Shown here in pieces: positions 10,157 to 20,972 of a stretch of DNA of 64,000 bases; within the stretch, counting starts at the first letter, position 1, and the number at the start of each line of letters is the position of its first letter. The stretch is from an uncultured Pseudomonadota bacterium (lineage in GTDB: Bacteria; Pseudomonadota; Alphaproteobacteria; JACZXZ01). The notes below the pieces were generated by a model. It was not told the origin of the DNA and did not search any database. It was given only the letters and a program-made list of their open reading frames with translations. The DNA lies in the NCBI GenBank assembly GCA_963749075.1, contig CAVVLJ010000021.1:256001-320000 (forward strand), in the 5' to 3' direction. The translations under genes and the position numbers were made by a program.

Positions 10157-10178
10157 CAAGGAAATCTCACCGCGAAGG

Positions 10179-11231
<1,053 letters not shown>

Positions 11232-11304
11232 GGGGGCGGCAGTCTAGGCCGGCCCTCCGGCGCGCGCATCCTCTTTCCTAGTGCAACAGAGTCTGCGCGC
11301 AAAA

Positions 11305-11592
11305 TCAAAACCGCTCCGGCCAGCGGCGCGCGCCGTGGTAGATGCGCAAGATTTGCAACCTGTTACCCTGCACCCGGTACGGCACGACGAACGGCGCGCT
11401 CGGGATCACAAGCTCGCGCGTGCCCGGCACGCGGCCAGGCCGGCCCAACTCCGGGTTCTTGCTCAGGAGAGTTTCCACATGGTGGATGATGTGGAGGGCG
11501 ATGCGTTGCGCCGCGGCGGGGTCGTCCTCAGCGATATAGGCGCGCAGAGATGCGAGATCGTCGATGGCCTCGGGCGAGCAGACCGGCGTCAT
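11305..11592 (-). CDS. Type II TA toxin, RelE/ParE family
   Basis: A.DDL...YIAEDDP.AA, GRPGRVPGTRELV, YRV and ILRIYHGAR motifs. Overlaps the antitoxin stop. Confidence 0.9.
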   Translation of the reverse strand: MTPVCSPEAIDDLASLRAYIAEDDPAAAQRIALHIIHHVETLLSKNPELGRPGRVPGTRELVIPSAPFVVPYRVQGNRLQILRIYHGARRWPERF

Positions 11593-11861
11593 GATCGGGA
11601 GCGTTTAGGCGCCGCCCGTTCGTCCTTGCTGCCCCACGAGGCGACCCACTCCTTCAACGCCTCGTGCGCAATCCCCTCGCCGCGGTCGAGCGACGCCATC
11701 GCCTGCTTGATGCCGGCGACCTGCCACTCGTTCGAGTCGAGGTACGCGTCGATCGCCTCGGCGGCGAGAAACGAGCGGCTGCGCCCGGTGCTCCGGGCGA
11801 GCTTCTCGAGCCGCTTCCTGGCACTCTGGTCGACGCGGACGGTGAAGGTCGTGGAAGCCAT
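11589..11861 (-). CDS. CopG/ribbon-helix-helix antitoxin
   Basis: TFTVRVD...LEKLARSTGRSRSFLAAEAI, directly upstream of the toxin. Confidence 0.88.
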   Translation of the reverse strand: MASTTFTVRVDQSARKRLEKLARSTGRSRSFLAAEAIDAYLDSNEWQVAGIKQAMASLDRGEGIAHEALKEWVASWGSKDERAAPKRSRS

Positions 11862-11981
11862 GTCGCCGAGATGTCCCGCGGATGGGTGCTGGCATGTACA
11901 CAATAAAGCACGAGGTCGCGGCGAGCAAGATGGACCGGCACCCTCTTTCAATTGCCGGCCGAAGCGGGTAGAGCATGCGCC

Positions 11982-12731
11982 ATGCGTGTCCTCATCACGC
12001 GCCCGCGGGAGGAGTCCGAGGCGGTAGCTAAGCTGCTCGCAGCACGGGGCATCGAGTGGCTTATCGATGCGCTCCTCGATATCCGCCCGTCTGCGGCGGC
12101 ACTTCCCCTCACGGGCGTGCAGGCGCTTGCCTTCACCTCGGCCAACGGCGTGCGCGCCTTTGCCGCGCGCGAGCCTCTGCGCGCGCTCCCCGTCTTCGCG
12201 GTCGGCGAGCACACGGCAGAAGCCGCACGCGCGGCCGGCTTCGCGCGCGTGGAGAGCGCCCAAGGTGCTGCACCCGAGCTCGCCCGGCTGCTCTGCGAGA
12301 GGCTCGATCCCTCTGCGGGTGCCGTTCTCCATTGTGCCGGCGCGGTGGTGCGGGGCGAGCTCGCGCCGCGGCTTGCCGAAGCGGGCCTCGAGCTGCGCCG
12401 CGCGGTGCTCTACGAGGCGGTGCCGGCCGCGGCACTTGCGGCAGCGACCCGTGCCGCCCTCGCCGCGGGCGCGCTCGACGCCGTGCTGTTTTTTTCCCCC
12501 CGCAGCGCTCAGACCTTTGTTAGTCTCGCGCGAGCCGCGGGTCTGGCCGGCGCATGCGCGCGTCTTGCCGCCTTAGCCTTGAGCCCGGCGGTGGCCGAGG
12601 AGGCGAGGGCGCTCGCCTGGCGGGAGCTGCTCACGGCGGCACGTCCGGCCCAGGCCGCCCTCCTGGCACTTCTCACGAAGCCGCGGGGCGAGGACCAGGG
12701 TGTCGGAAGCATCGCAGCAGCCAAGCGCTAA
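11982..12731 (+). CDS. hemD: Uroporphyrinogen-III synthase
   Basis: MRVLITRP, FTSANGV, AVGEHTA, VLYEA and FFSPRSA motifs. Confidence 0.93.
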   Translation: MRVLITRPREESEAVAKLLAARGIEWLIDALLDIRPSAAALPLTGVQALAFTSANGVRAFAAREPLRALPVFAVGEHTAEAARAAGFARVESAQGAAPELARLLCERLDPSAGAVLHCAGAVVRGELAPRLAEAGLELRRAVLYEAVPAAALAAATRAALAAGALDAVLFFSPRSAQTFVSLARAAGLAGACARLAALALSPAVAEEARALAWRELLTAARPAQAALLALLTKPRGEDQGVGSIAAAKR

Positions 12732-14160
12732 TCCCGAGGGCAGCGGCGCTGCCGGCAGCGATAGCCCGGTCGCGCGCGCTCTCGGCGCCTTCGGCGGCGT
12801 GCGCCCCATGGCGGCCAAGCTCGGCGTCCCCGTCACCACCGTGCAGGGCTGGAAGGAGCGCGGCCACATCCCGGCCGCGCGCATCCCCGACCTCCTCGCC
12901 GCCGCGGCCAGCCACGGCGTCGCCCTCACGGCAGCGGACTTGGATGCACCGGCGGCAGGCTCGGGTGCCGCTGCCGAGAACGGCGAGCGCGCGGCCGCCC
13001 AAGCGAGCGCCCAAGGGAGCACCCAATTGAGCACCGGGCGGACCGCCCAAGGTGCCCGCGCTGAGGCAGCTACGGCCGCGGCCGTCGTCTCGCCCCCGCC
13101 CCATGCCATCGCCGCCGCGGCACCATCGCCGCGCGGCTCGGCGGCAGCACTCTGGGCCATCGCCGTGGCGGCGCTCGTGCTCGCGGCCGCGGTGAGCCTG
13201 CCCACCTGGGGGCCAGCACTCGGCCTCAAGGCAAGGGACGCGACGCCGGCGGCGCCGGCGGTGCAGGCGGGCGACGGCGCGCTCGTGCAGCATCTCGAGG
13301 CGCTCACCCGCAGCCTCGCCGCGGTCGAAGGGCGCTTGGCGGGCCTGGAGGCGGCGGCCGGGAAGGCAAATCCAGCGCCGGCCGCGGCCGATACGGCGGC
13401 CCTTGCGGAGCGCGAGGCCAAGCTCGCCGAGACGGTCGCCAGCGGCGAGCGGCGCACGGCGGCGCTCGAGAGCGCTCTTGCCGCGCTTGCGAGCCGTCCG
13501 CAAGCGGCCGACGAGAGCGGAAAGCTGGCCGCTCTCGAGAGCGGCAACGCCAAGCTCGCCGCCTCCCTCGAGGCCACCCAACAGCGCCTCGCCGCCCTCG
13601 AGGCGAGCGCCGCCAAGGCCGCGGCGCTCGACGGGCGGCACCTCGCCCTGGTGCTCGCGGTGGGGGAGCTCCGCGCGGCCCTCCAGCACTCGGAGGCCTA
13701 TGACAAGCCGCTCGCCGCGGTCGCGGGCTTGAGCGAGGGCGACGCCGAGCTCGCGGCAGCGCTCGCCGTGCTCAAGCCGGCGGCAGCCAAGGGCGTCCCC
13801 ACCTTCCCCGAGCTCGCCGAGCGCTTCGACGGTGCTGCACTCGCTGCCGCGCGCGCCGCCATCATGCCGGCGCCCAAGGGCTGGCTCGGCGCCACCCTCG
13901 CCACCCTCGCGCGCCTCGTGGTGATCCGCAAGAACGATGGCCAGGGCGGCGGCAGCGACGCCGCCCTCGCGCGCGCCGAGGCGCTCCTGAGGACGGGCGA
14001 TCTCGCGGCGGCGGTGGCCGCCTTGGCAGAGCTCAAGGGTCCGCCGGCCGAGGCCATGGCACCCTGGCTCGCCGACGCCAAGGCGCGGCTGGCCGCGGAT
14101 GCCGCACTCGCCAGGCTCGAGAGCCGCGCCATCGCCCGGCTCGGCGAGAGCCGCTCGTGA
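12700..14160 (+). CDS. COG4223/mitofilin (alpha-Mic60) family membrane protein with an N-terminal Cro-like HTH region
   Basis: Sits between hemD and hemY. Has one TM helix, a long coiled coil and a C-terminal LARAE..L..GDL..A...W mitofilin-like motif. Confidence 0.8.
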   Translation: MSEASQQPSANPEGSGAAGSDSPVARALGAFGGVRPMAAKLGVPVTTVQGWKERGHIPAARIPDLLAAAASHGVALTAADLDAPAAGSGAAAENGERAAAQASAQGSTQLSTGRTAQGARAEAATAAAVVSPPPHAIAAAAPSPRGSAAALWAIAVAALVLAAAVSLPTWGPALGLKARDATPAAPAVQAGDGALVQHLEALTRSLAAVEGRLAGLEAAAGKANPAPAAADTAALAEREAKLAETVASGERRTAALESALAALASRPQAADESGKLAALESGNAKLAASLEATQQRLAALEASAAKAAALDGRHLALVLAVGELRAALQHSEAYDKPLAAVAGLSEGDAELAAALAVLKPAAAKGVPTFPELAERFDGAALAAARAAIMPAPKGWLGATLATLARLVVIRKNDGQGGGSDAALARAEALLRTGDLAAAVAALAELKGPPAEAMAPWLADAKARLAADAALARLESRAIARLGESRS

Positions 14161-14177
14161 GGCGAGGCTAGGCAGCC

Positions 14178-15548
14178 ATGGTGCGGGCCACCTTCTGGCT
14201 TGTCGTCCTCGCGGCAGCGGCGGCCGCCATCGCCTGGCTCGCCGATCATCCGGGCTCGCTCACGCTCTATTGGCGCGACTACCGCATCGACACCTCGGTT
14301 GCCGTGCTGGCCGGCGCCGTGGCGTTGGCGAGTGCGCTGGCCGCGGCACTCTATCAGCTGTGGCGCTGGCTCAGGCGCGCGCCCGCCGCCGTGGCCCGCC
14401 GCCGCCGCGAGAGCCGCCGCCTCAAGGGATACCGCGCGTTGACGCAAGGCATGGTCGCGGTGGCGGCCGGCGACCCGACGGAGGCGCGGCGCCAGGCGCG
14501 GCGCGCGGATGTGCTCTTGAACGAGCCGCCGCTCACCATGCTGCTCTCGGCCCAGGCCGCCCAGCTCAACGGCGACGAGGCGGCGGCGGCGAACTACTTC
14601 TCCGCCATGCTGGAGCGGCCGGAGACCGAGTTCCTCGGTTTGCGCGGCCTCGTCGTGCAGGCGAGCAAGACGGGCGATACCGCGCGGGCGCTCGCACTCG
14701 CGCGCCGCGCCAAGGCGCTGTCGCCGCGCACGAGCTGGGTCTTGAGCACGCTCTTCGAGCTCGAGGCGCGGGCCGGCCAATGGTCGAGCGCCGAGGAGAC
14801 CGCGCGCTTGGCACTCGCCGCCGGCACCATGCGCGCCGCCCAAGGCACGCGCAACCGCGCCATCGCCCTTTACCAGCAGAGCCTCGCGGCCGAGGCCGCG
14901 GGCGAGACGGCGGCAGCGCTCAAGGCCGCGCGCAAGGCGAACGCGATTGAGCCGGGCTTCGTGCCGGCCGCCGTGGAGACCGCCAAGCTCCTCATGCTGC
15001 AAGGCAAGCGCAAGCGCGCGGAGCGCAACGTCGAAGCCGCCTGGCAGCTGGCGCCGCATCCGGCGCTGGCGCGGCTCTATCTGGCGCTCGGCGAGAGCGA
15101 CGAGCCGATCCGCCGCCTGATGCGCATGCAGGCGCTCGCCAAGCTCAGGCCCGAGCACCCGGAAAGCTCCCTGGCCCTGGCCGAGGCGGCCATTGCCGCA
15201 CGCCTCTGGGGCGAGGCGCGGCGGGCGCTCGCGGCACTCCCGGGCGACGGGGCTCAGGGCGAGAGCGCGCGGGCCTGCCGGCTCAAGGCGGCACTCGAGG
15301 AGGGCGAGCACGGCGACGGCGCCCGCGCGCGGGAGTGGCTGCGGCACGCCGCGGGCGGGGAGCCGGATGCGGCCTGGCTCTGCCGCAACTGCGGCGCCGC
15401 CGAGGCCGAGTGGCAGGCACTCTGCCCGCGCTGCGCCGCCTACGACGCGCTCGCCTGGGAGAGCCCGGCGCGCGCCGCACCGTCATCGCTCGTGCCGCCG
15501 CCGGCCGCAGCCGCCGGCCGCAGCGGCGTCAGTTCCTTGTCCGGCTAA
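14178..15548 (+). CDS. hemY: HemY-family TPR membrane protein with a C-terminal Zn ribbon
   Basis: WLADHPG, two N-terminal TMs, EFLGLRGL, PHPAL and WLCRNCG...CPRC. Confidence 0.85.
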   Translation: MVRATFWLVVLAAAAAAIAWLADHPGSLTLYWRDYRIDTSVAVLAGAVALASALAAALYQLWRWLRRAPAAVARRRRESRRLKGYRALTQGMVAVAAGDPTEARRQARRADVLLNEPPLTMLLSAQAAQLNGDEAAAANYFSAMLERPETEFLGLRGLVVQASKTGDTARALALARRAKALSPRTSWVLSTLFELEARAGQWSSAEETARLALAAGTMRAAQGTRNRAIALYQQSLAAEAAGETAAALKAARKANAIEPGFVPAAVETAKLLMLQGKRKRAERNVEAAWQLAPHPALARLYLALGESDEPIRRLMRMQALAKLRPEHPESSLALAEAAIAARLWGEARRALAALPGDGAQGESARACRLKAALEEGEHGDGARAREWLRHAAGGEPDAAWLCRNCGAAEAEWQALCPRCAAYDALAWESPARAAPSSLVPPPAAAAGRSGVSSLSG

Positions 15549-16608
15549 GGAAGGCGTGAGCGATCTCGACCACCACCGGGCAGTGGTCGGAGAGGCTGCG
15601 GTAGGCGGCGGGGCGCTCCGCTGCCTGCCACGGCGAGATGGGGGCGCAGCCGGCGAGCGCGCAATAGCCGCTCACCCGCGTGCGCCCCTCCTCGAGAGTG
15701 CCCATGGCCGCACTCGCCAGGAGGTGGTCGAGGCGGCCGCCGCGGCCGCGGTAATATTCCGTGCAAGCGGGGAGAAGCGGCGCTTGCCGCAAGGCGGGTG
15801 CCGCCGCCGCGGCGCGCTCGGCGAGCGCCTGCACCTCGACCGCCGCCGAGCCGCGGCGGCCGTCGCCCATGGTGTTGAAGTCGCCCAAGAGAACCACGCG
15901 CTCGCCGTTCGCGCCGAGCCTTGCCGTGGCGCGCGCGAGATTGGCGAGGGCTGCCGCGCGCTCCGCCGCATCCTCGGGCCGGGCGCCGCTCTTCAAGTGC
16001 ACGACGATGGCATGGAAGCCGGCCTGAGCGTCGTCGCGCGGGATGAAATAGCCGTGGCGGCCCGGCCGCAGCCAGCCGGCGCAAGGCTCCTCGGGCCCGC
16101 GCGCGCGGTCGTTGAGCGACCAGTCGTCCTCTCCTTGCGCGAGGCGGAGCCGCCGCGCGTCCCACAGGAAGCCCACGTGCTGGCTCGCAGCAGCGCCGCA
16201 GCGCTGGAGATCGACCTGCCAGGGCTCGCCGGTCAGGCGGCCGAGCTCGGCCAGGAGCTCGGCCATGCGCGCGCGCGCCGCCTCGGTGTCGCGGATCTCG
16301 ACGACGCCCAGGAGATCGAGGTTCATCCAGGCGATGGCGCAGGCGAGCCAGCCCACGTGCGTGTGGTCGGGGAACCACTCGATGTTCCAGGTGCCGAGCC
16401 TCAGGCTCCCCGCCGCGGCGTCATCGGCCATGCGGCCGTGCTCGACCTCGACGACCTGCCGGCAGAGGGCCGCACTCGTCCACACCCGCACCTCGTCGCC
16501 GCTCGCGGCGGCGGCAGCCCGGCCGCAAAGCAAGAGCGCGGCGACCGCCACGAGCAGGAGGCCGGCGACAGCGAGGCCGCAAAGCGCGGTTCGTTTGGAT
16601 ACAACCAT
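15529..16608 (-). CDS. Secreted endonuclease/exonuclease/phosphatase family protein
   Basis: Signal/TM segment, then TWNIEWF, VHLKSG, LGDFN, LDHLL and SDHCPV. Confidence 0.85.
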   Translation of the reverse strand: MVVSKRTALCGLAVAGLLLVAVAALLLCGRAAAAASGDEVRVWTSAALCRQVVEVEHGRMADDAAAGSLRLGTWNIEWFPDHTHVGWLACAIAWMNLDLLGVVEIRDTEAARARMAELLAELGRLTGEPWQVDLQRCGAAASQHVGFLWDARRLRLAQGEDDWSLNDRARGPEEPCAGWLRPGRHGYFIPRDDAQAGFHAIVVHLKSGARPEDAAERAAALANLARATARLGANGERVVLLGDFNTMGDGRRGSAAVEVQALAERAAAAAPALRQAPLLPACTEYYRGRGGRLDHLLASAAMGTLEEGRTRVSGYCALAGCAPISPWQAAERPAAYRSLSDHCPVVVEIAHAFLSRTRN

Positions 16609-16706
16609 GCAGTGTAACATCTGTTATTACAATCTAATATAACGAGCATAGCAAAAGAGCATGAAATTGCAATCTCAAAGCCATAGCCGCGCGCGCCGCG
16701 CCGCAG

Positions 16707-16735
16707 TTGACGGGGGTCCCTTCCGAGGGTAGCTT
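16707..16735 (+). promoter_or_regulatory. Sigma70-type promoter for tRNA-Thr
   Basis: TTGACG-N17-TAGCTT followed by a GC-rich discriminator. Confidence 0.65.
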
Positions 16736-16782
16736 CTGCGCGCCCTGGCGCCCCGGCGGGGGGCAGAGCGCGGGGGCAGAGC

Positions 16783-16857
<75 letters not shown>

Positions 16858-16861
16858 ATGA

Positions 16862-16874
16862 AATCAATGTGTTA
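16862..16874 (+). promoter_or_regulatory. IHF-consensus site in the left att arm
   Basis: AATCAATGTGTTA fits WATCAANNNNTTR. Confidence 0.65.
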
Positions 16875-17486
16875 AAGAACAAAAGCGGACGGGCGGCGGG
16901 TGCCTAGGTATCCCCTAGGTATCACGCGGGTTAATTTCGGCCGCGCGGTGGCGAGGCATTGCCATGGTCGCCTGATGATCATGCTGCTGTGCCTTGGCTC
17001 GAGGCGCGAGCCGAATCAGCAGCGCCCGAATGCCGAGCCTGCAACAACCATCGGGCTGGCGGGCTTCGGGATCGCCGAGCAAGCCGGCGATCCGCTCCGC
17101 GATGCCCTGGCGGGCACCGGCAGCGGAGCCCCGCTGCCTTCGCTTCGCCCCCATGATGCTCGGCAGGCGGAGCAAGAGGGCGTAGTTGGTGCGGCGACGG
17201 ACCCGCGCCTAAGGTAGGGCAAGATAAAGCAGTGCCTCCAACAGGCACCTATGTCCTTGTCTGCACATCGCTATTCATGGCTCCATGCAATTCGCCTTGG
17301 AGCCAGGGCAGCGCTACTGCATTGTTTCGGCACGCTTCTGATGGAGCCTCGCTGGCCGGCGCACTGTCGGCTTTTGTCGTGGCCCCGTCCTCGCGGTCAT
17401 GCGTTAACGTAACTGGCTCGGACTCGGAAGTTGCTGGGATCGAGCGGCGAGATTATAGTTGCGCGAGATATCGGAGGAGCATCGCT

Positions 17487-17690
17487 ATGCGCCTCTTGCT
17501 TGCGCTCGGACTGCTTGTCATCCCGATCTCGCAGGCACGCCCGGCGCCGCTCGACGATTGGTGCAACGCGGCGGCGCTCCCATCAAGCATCGCGATTTGC
17601 AGCGACGCCGAGCTACGCTCGCTGGCCGTCGAGCGCCCTCAAAAGTGGTTTACGGATTGCGAATGTGAATGGGAGGGGCTGAATGTCTGA
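17487..17690 (+). pseudogene. Short signal-peptide ORF, LprI-like N-terminal fragment
   Basis: GGAGGA RBS, signal peptide and C..A....AICSDAELRSL. Appears truncated. Confidence 0.4.
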
Positions 17691-18063
17691 TGCCCGGTCC
17701 ATGCCAGCTACGTTCCATCCTCGCGGCTATGTCGAGGGCGGAAAATTCTATCCCAACTCCACCGCCAGGCGTGCTTGGTGGTGGCTTTCGCTTCCCTTTA
17801 AGATCGTCGTTTATCCATTGGCGTTGGCATTCTTTAACTACTTCATCGCCCTGATTTTCTTTCCGGCTTTTGTTGTTATTGGCGTCTTAGAGGTCTTCGC
17901 GCTTCTGATTTGGATGGGCGGGGGATTCCGAAAAAAGCGCGGCGTCTATGAAGGCGATTGCCCGCACTGCGAGCGGCATTTCTACCTGGCTGGCAAGCTC
18001 GGAAACTGTCCGATTTGCACAAAGCGGGTAATCGTCGAGAACGATCAATTCGTCGCCCTTTAG
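17683..18063 (+). CDS. Hypothetical membrane protein with a C-terminal Zn ribbon
   Basis: Two hydrophobic segments followed by CPHC...CPIC. Confidence 0.6.
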   Translation: MSDARSMPATFHPRGYVEGGKFYPNSTARRAWWWLSLPFKIVVYPLALAFFNYFIALIFFPAFVVIGVLEVFALLIWMGGGFRKKRGVYEGDCPHCERHFYLAGKLGNCPICTKRVIVENDQFVAL

Positions 18064-18504
18064 CTTGCAACGGTTGGGCGGAAGCGCCCGGAAGTCGAAC
18101 CCGGATCGCGACTTAAGTCGTTGCGCGGTGAGAGGCGCGCAGCGCGACCGCGAGACCAAATCCGGCAGAGATACCGTTCGCGCATCGCGCGCGTCGCGCG
18201 GAGCGGTCCTGAAAGCGTGAGCGTTCCGGTGCACTGGCAACGCCAAGCGCGGTCCCGGGGCTTCCGAGCGGCCTGCCAACCTAGGCTTCCCGCGGACGGC
18301 TCCGCATGGCCATCCGCCCGTGCTCACGGGTGCCCTGAGCCTTGAACGCCCTCGCGCGGAATGCGGCGCTTGGCGTGCTTGACGCCCGCCGCGAGCGCCA
18401 GGGTAGCGGCGTGCTTCGGCCGATTTCCGATGGGTACGCGATTCTGTATCCTATTCTCTCCCCCCGGGCGCATGTATGATAATCCGCAACTGAGGGAGCG
18501 GGAC

Positions 18505-18966
18505 ATGGCGATTCCGAAGAGGGCCGTTGAGCGCATCACCGCCGGTTTGAAGAAGTATCAAGCCGTGCTGACCGACGCCAAGAATCGAGACATCAACGAA
18601 AGCGATACGGTGACCATCATTAGGAACATCGTATCTGACCTTCTTGGCTACAAGAGGTTTACCGAGATAACCTCTGAGCTTCCGGACCACTCCGGAGGCT
18701 ATATCGATCTTGCCGTGAAGGTGGACAAAGAAATACGGTTCTTGATCGAAGCGAAAGCCATCAACGTCGACCTCAAGGAATCTCACGTGAGGCAAGGCGT
18801 CAACTACGGCGCCGGCTTGGGTACCGAATGGGTAATCCTGACGAATGGGGTGCATTGGCGCATTTACAAAATCCATTTCGGACAACCAATCGAGCATATT
18901 TTGGTGCGCGAACTGGATTTGCTCGCGGCTACTTCTCCAATTCGTCAAGCGTCCGGAGCCTCTTAG
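18505..18966 (+). pseudogene. Type I restriction enzyme HsdR N-terminal-domain (PD-(D/E)xK) protein, probably C-truncated
   Basis: NESDT, LLGY, YIDLAV, LIEAK, Q...Y and ILTNGVHWRIY. The sequence degrades after ELDLLA. Confidence 0.7.
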
Positions 18967-19064
18967 AGACACCAGCCGCCGGCGCATTCGCGTCGCTTCA
19001 AATTTTAGGAGTCAATTCGACCAATCTTTTACCACATATCGTTGGTTTTGTTAACTCATCACCA

Positions 19065-19766
19065 TTAAACTTCCTCATGTGCTGCCCCCCTCCCCACATT
19101 GCAGTCGTCACAGAGCGTACGGAGATTCTGAATCGTCGCTGGCCCGCCAGCCCATTCAGGATATATGTGATCTACGTGCAGCTTCAGGCCAGTGCAGGCT
19201 GCAGGCGACCGACCGCACAAGACGCAGCGAAAACTGTCGCGCTTTATCACATCATATCGGAGCTTCAGGGGAAGTGGTCGCTTTGGGCGTGTTGCGCGGC
19301 CAGTCAATCCGGTCTCTATTGGATTGGTATCACTTCGCTCTGAGGTCAGTCCCCCGCCCCGAGCAGAGCGCTCCAGCACTGCTTCACACGCCTTAATCCA
19401 GGAGCCCCATCGCCTCAGGTAAGGCCCCTGAGAGAATTCACAACCGTACTTCGTTAGGTCATCTCGGTACGGACGACGTCCCTCTGCCTCAAGGGCCACA
19501 TCCCAAACTCTCTCGAGTTCATCGAGAAGTTTCTCATCCGGGACATTTCGGTGGAATGGCAAGCTCGCTAGGCCAGCGGCTCTGAGTGCTGGCCGCAATC
19601 CTCCGAACCTCATCTTTAGGATCGCATACGAGCAGCGGGCATGGGTCTCAATATCACTCATTACAAGGGTGCTCTTTCCCAGGAGTCCCGCAACGCGGCG
19701 AAGCTCATCAAGAAGGGATTTCTCGGAGTAGTCGCTGAGACGATCTAGGCTGGCTTCCCGACTCAC
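19065..19766 (-). CDS. HNH endonuclease with two homing-endonuclease-associated repeats
   Basis: LRYDVIKRDSFRCVLCG, LHVDHIYP..GG...NLRTLCDDCN. N-terminal LL.EL.RV...RFG/RWGSW repeats. Confidence 0.85.
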   Translation of the reverse strand: MSREASLDRLSDYSEKSLLDELRRVAGLLGKSTLVMSDIETHARCSYAILKMRFGGLRPALRAAGLASLPFHRNVPDEKLLDELERVWDVALEAEGRRPYRDDLTKYGCEFSQGPYLRRWGSWIKACEAVLERSARGGGLTSERSDTNPIETGLTGRATRPKRPLPLKLRYDVIKRDSFRCVLCGRSPAACTGLKLHVDHIYPEWAGGPATIQNLRTLCDDCNVGRGAAHEEV

Positions 19767-20117
19767 GATGTGACCTCTTCACCGCATAGGGATTCAGCCC
19801 CTCCCGCAGAATCTTCGGTTAGATTCTGGTCGTTTTGATCTGACATTCCCCGGATGACCGGGTTATCGAGCATCGCAGTAATACTTCCCTGCTCGCGGTT
19901 CCCGAGCGAAGCACATGATGCCCAAGTTCGCCCGCTACTGCCACCGAATTTGGTCTTCTTGAACGGTTCACAGCTCGGCTTCTGGTCATCCGACCCTCAG
20001 GGTGACCGTCGCCTACCACCGTAAGGACCTAAAGCAGAAGACGCTGCACAATCTCTGCGTGTGCTGGGCCGCCAAAGGCGTTTGATCCGCCGTTCGATTC
20101 AGGCGCTCTGCGGGAGG

Positions 20118-20843
20118 TTACGTGGAGGAGGGGTGCGGGAACGCCTTAACAAGGTCTCGATGCTGGCGGCCTCGTTCCACCGCTCTCATCGCCATCGGAA
20201 TATTCGACCTGCGCCTCATCGTCATTGCCGCGGCTTCCTCTGCTGTTGCCGCCGCTTTCCAAACCGCCTCTATTGCTCGCGCTGCTTCCCCGGCTGTCTG
20301 CGCCCCCTGCGCGCCCAACACCGTTATCACTCCCGCCCACACCGCATTGCCTACCCAGGCCGCCGCCTTGGCCTTCGCCCAATCCGCCCACGCCGCCTCT
20401 GCCGTGGTCCGAGACATCACGCGCGCGATCCACAATCTTCGGATTGCTGCCCTTGTCTCCGCCCCCGCCCCCTGCCGAGCCCACTTCCATGCCACCGACG
20501 GCGCGACAAGATTGACGGTGTCGTCGCCGCTGCACCAGCGGTCGATGAGCTCGAGGCAGTCGAGCACCCGCCTATCCGATGTATGGACCGAAGCGCGCTT
20601 CAGCGCGGGCAGTACTGTTCCGGCGATCACGGCACGGCGCACCGCAATATCATGCCATTCGAGCGCGCGAATGCACCACAGCGCATCGGTGTCACCATTT
20701 GCCATGGCTATGGTGCCAAGGCTGACGAGACAGTCAGGATCATATTTCCCGTCGCTGTAGCCCAGACCAGCCAAAAGCTTCTCCCATGCCGATTTGGAAA
20801 GTCGGCACTTGTAGATATCTTCTAGCGTTATCGTCGGGTTCAT
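20118..20843 (-). CDS. Phage-type Ala/Trp-rich helical hypothetical protein (Imm5-like)
   Basis: WEKLLAGLG...NG..DALWCIRAL, D.RV..C....RW and AAWA-rich tail resemble a prophage family. Recalled, not searched. Confidence 0.55.
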   Translation of the reverse strand: MNPTITLEDIYKCRLSKSAWEKLLAGLGYSDGKYDPDCLVSLGTIAMANGDTDALWCIRALEWHDIAVRRAVIAGTVLPALKRASVHTSDRRVLDCLELIDRWCSGDDTVNLVAPSVAWKWARQGAGAETRAAIRRLWIARVMSRTTAEAAWADWAKAKAAAWVGNAVWAGVITVLGAQGAQTAGEAARAIEAVWKAAATAEEAAAMTMRRRSNIPMAMRAVERGRQHRDLVKAFPHPSST

Positions 20844-20972
20844 CGCGGGAAGTATCTGAAGGCCACGAGCCCAATTTCGCGCGGCGAGCCGGCGCCCTCG
20901 TGATCCGCCGGTCTCCGTATGGCGAGGTTACATACGAGCGCCCGACATGTCGAGCGCGCACGCTGACCCGAA

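Noticed and set aside
16915-17175. Possible integrase C-terminal remnant (IAERIAGLLGD)
   Set aside because: The resemblance is too short, with no R-H-R-Y catalytic motifs. Not called.
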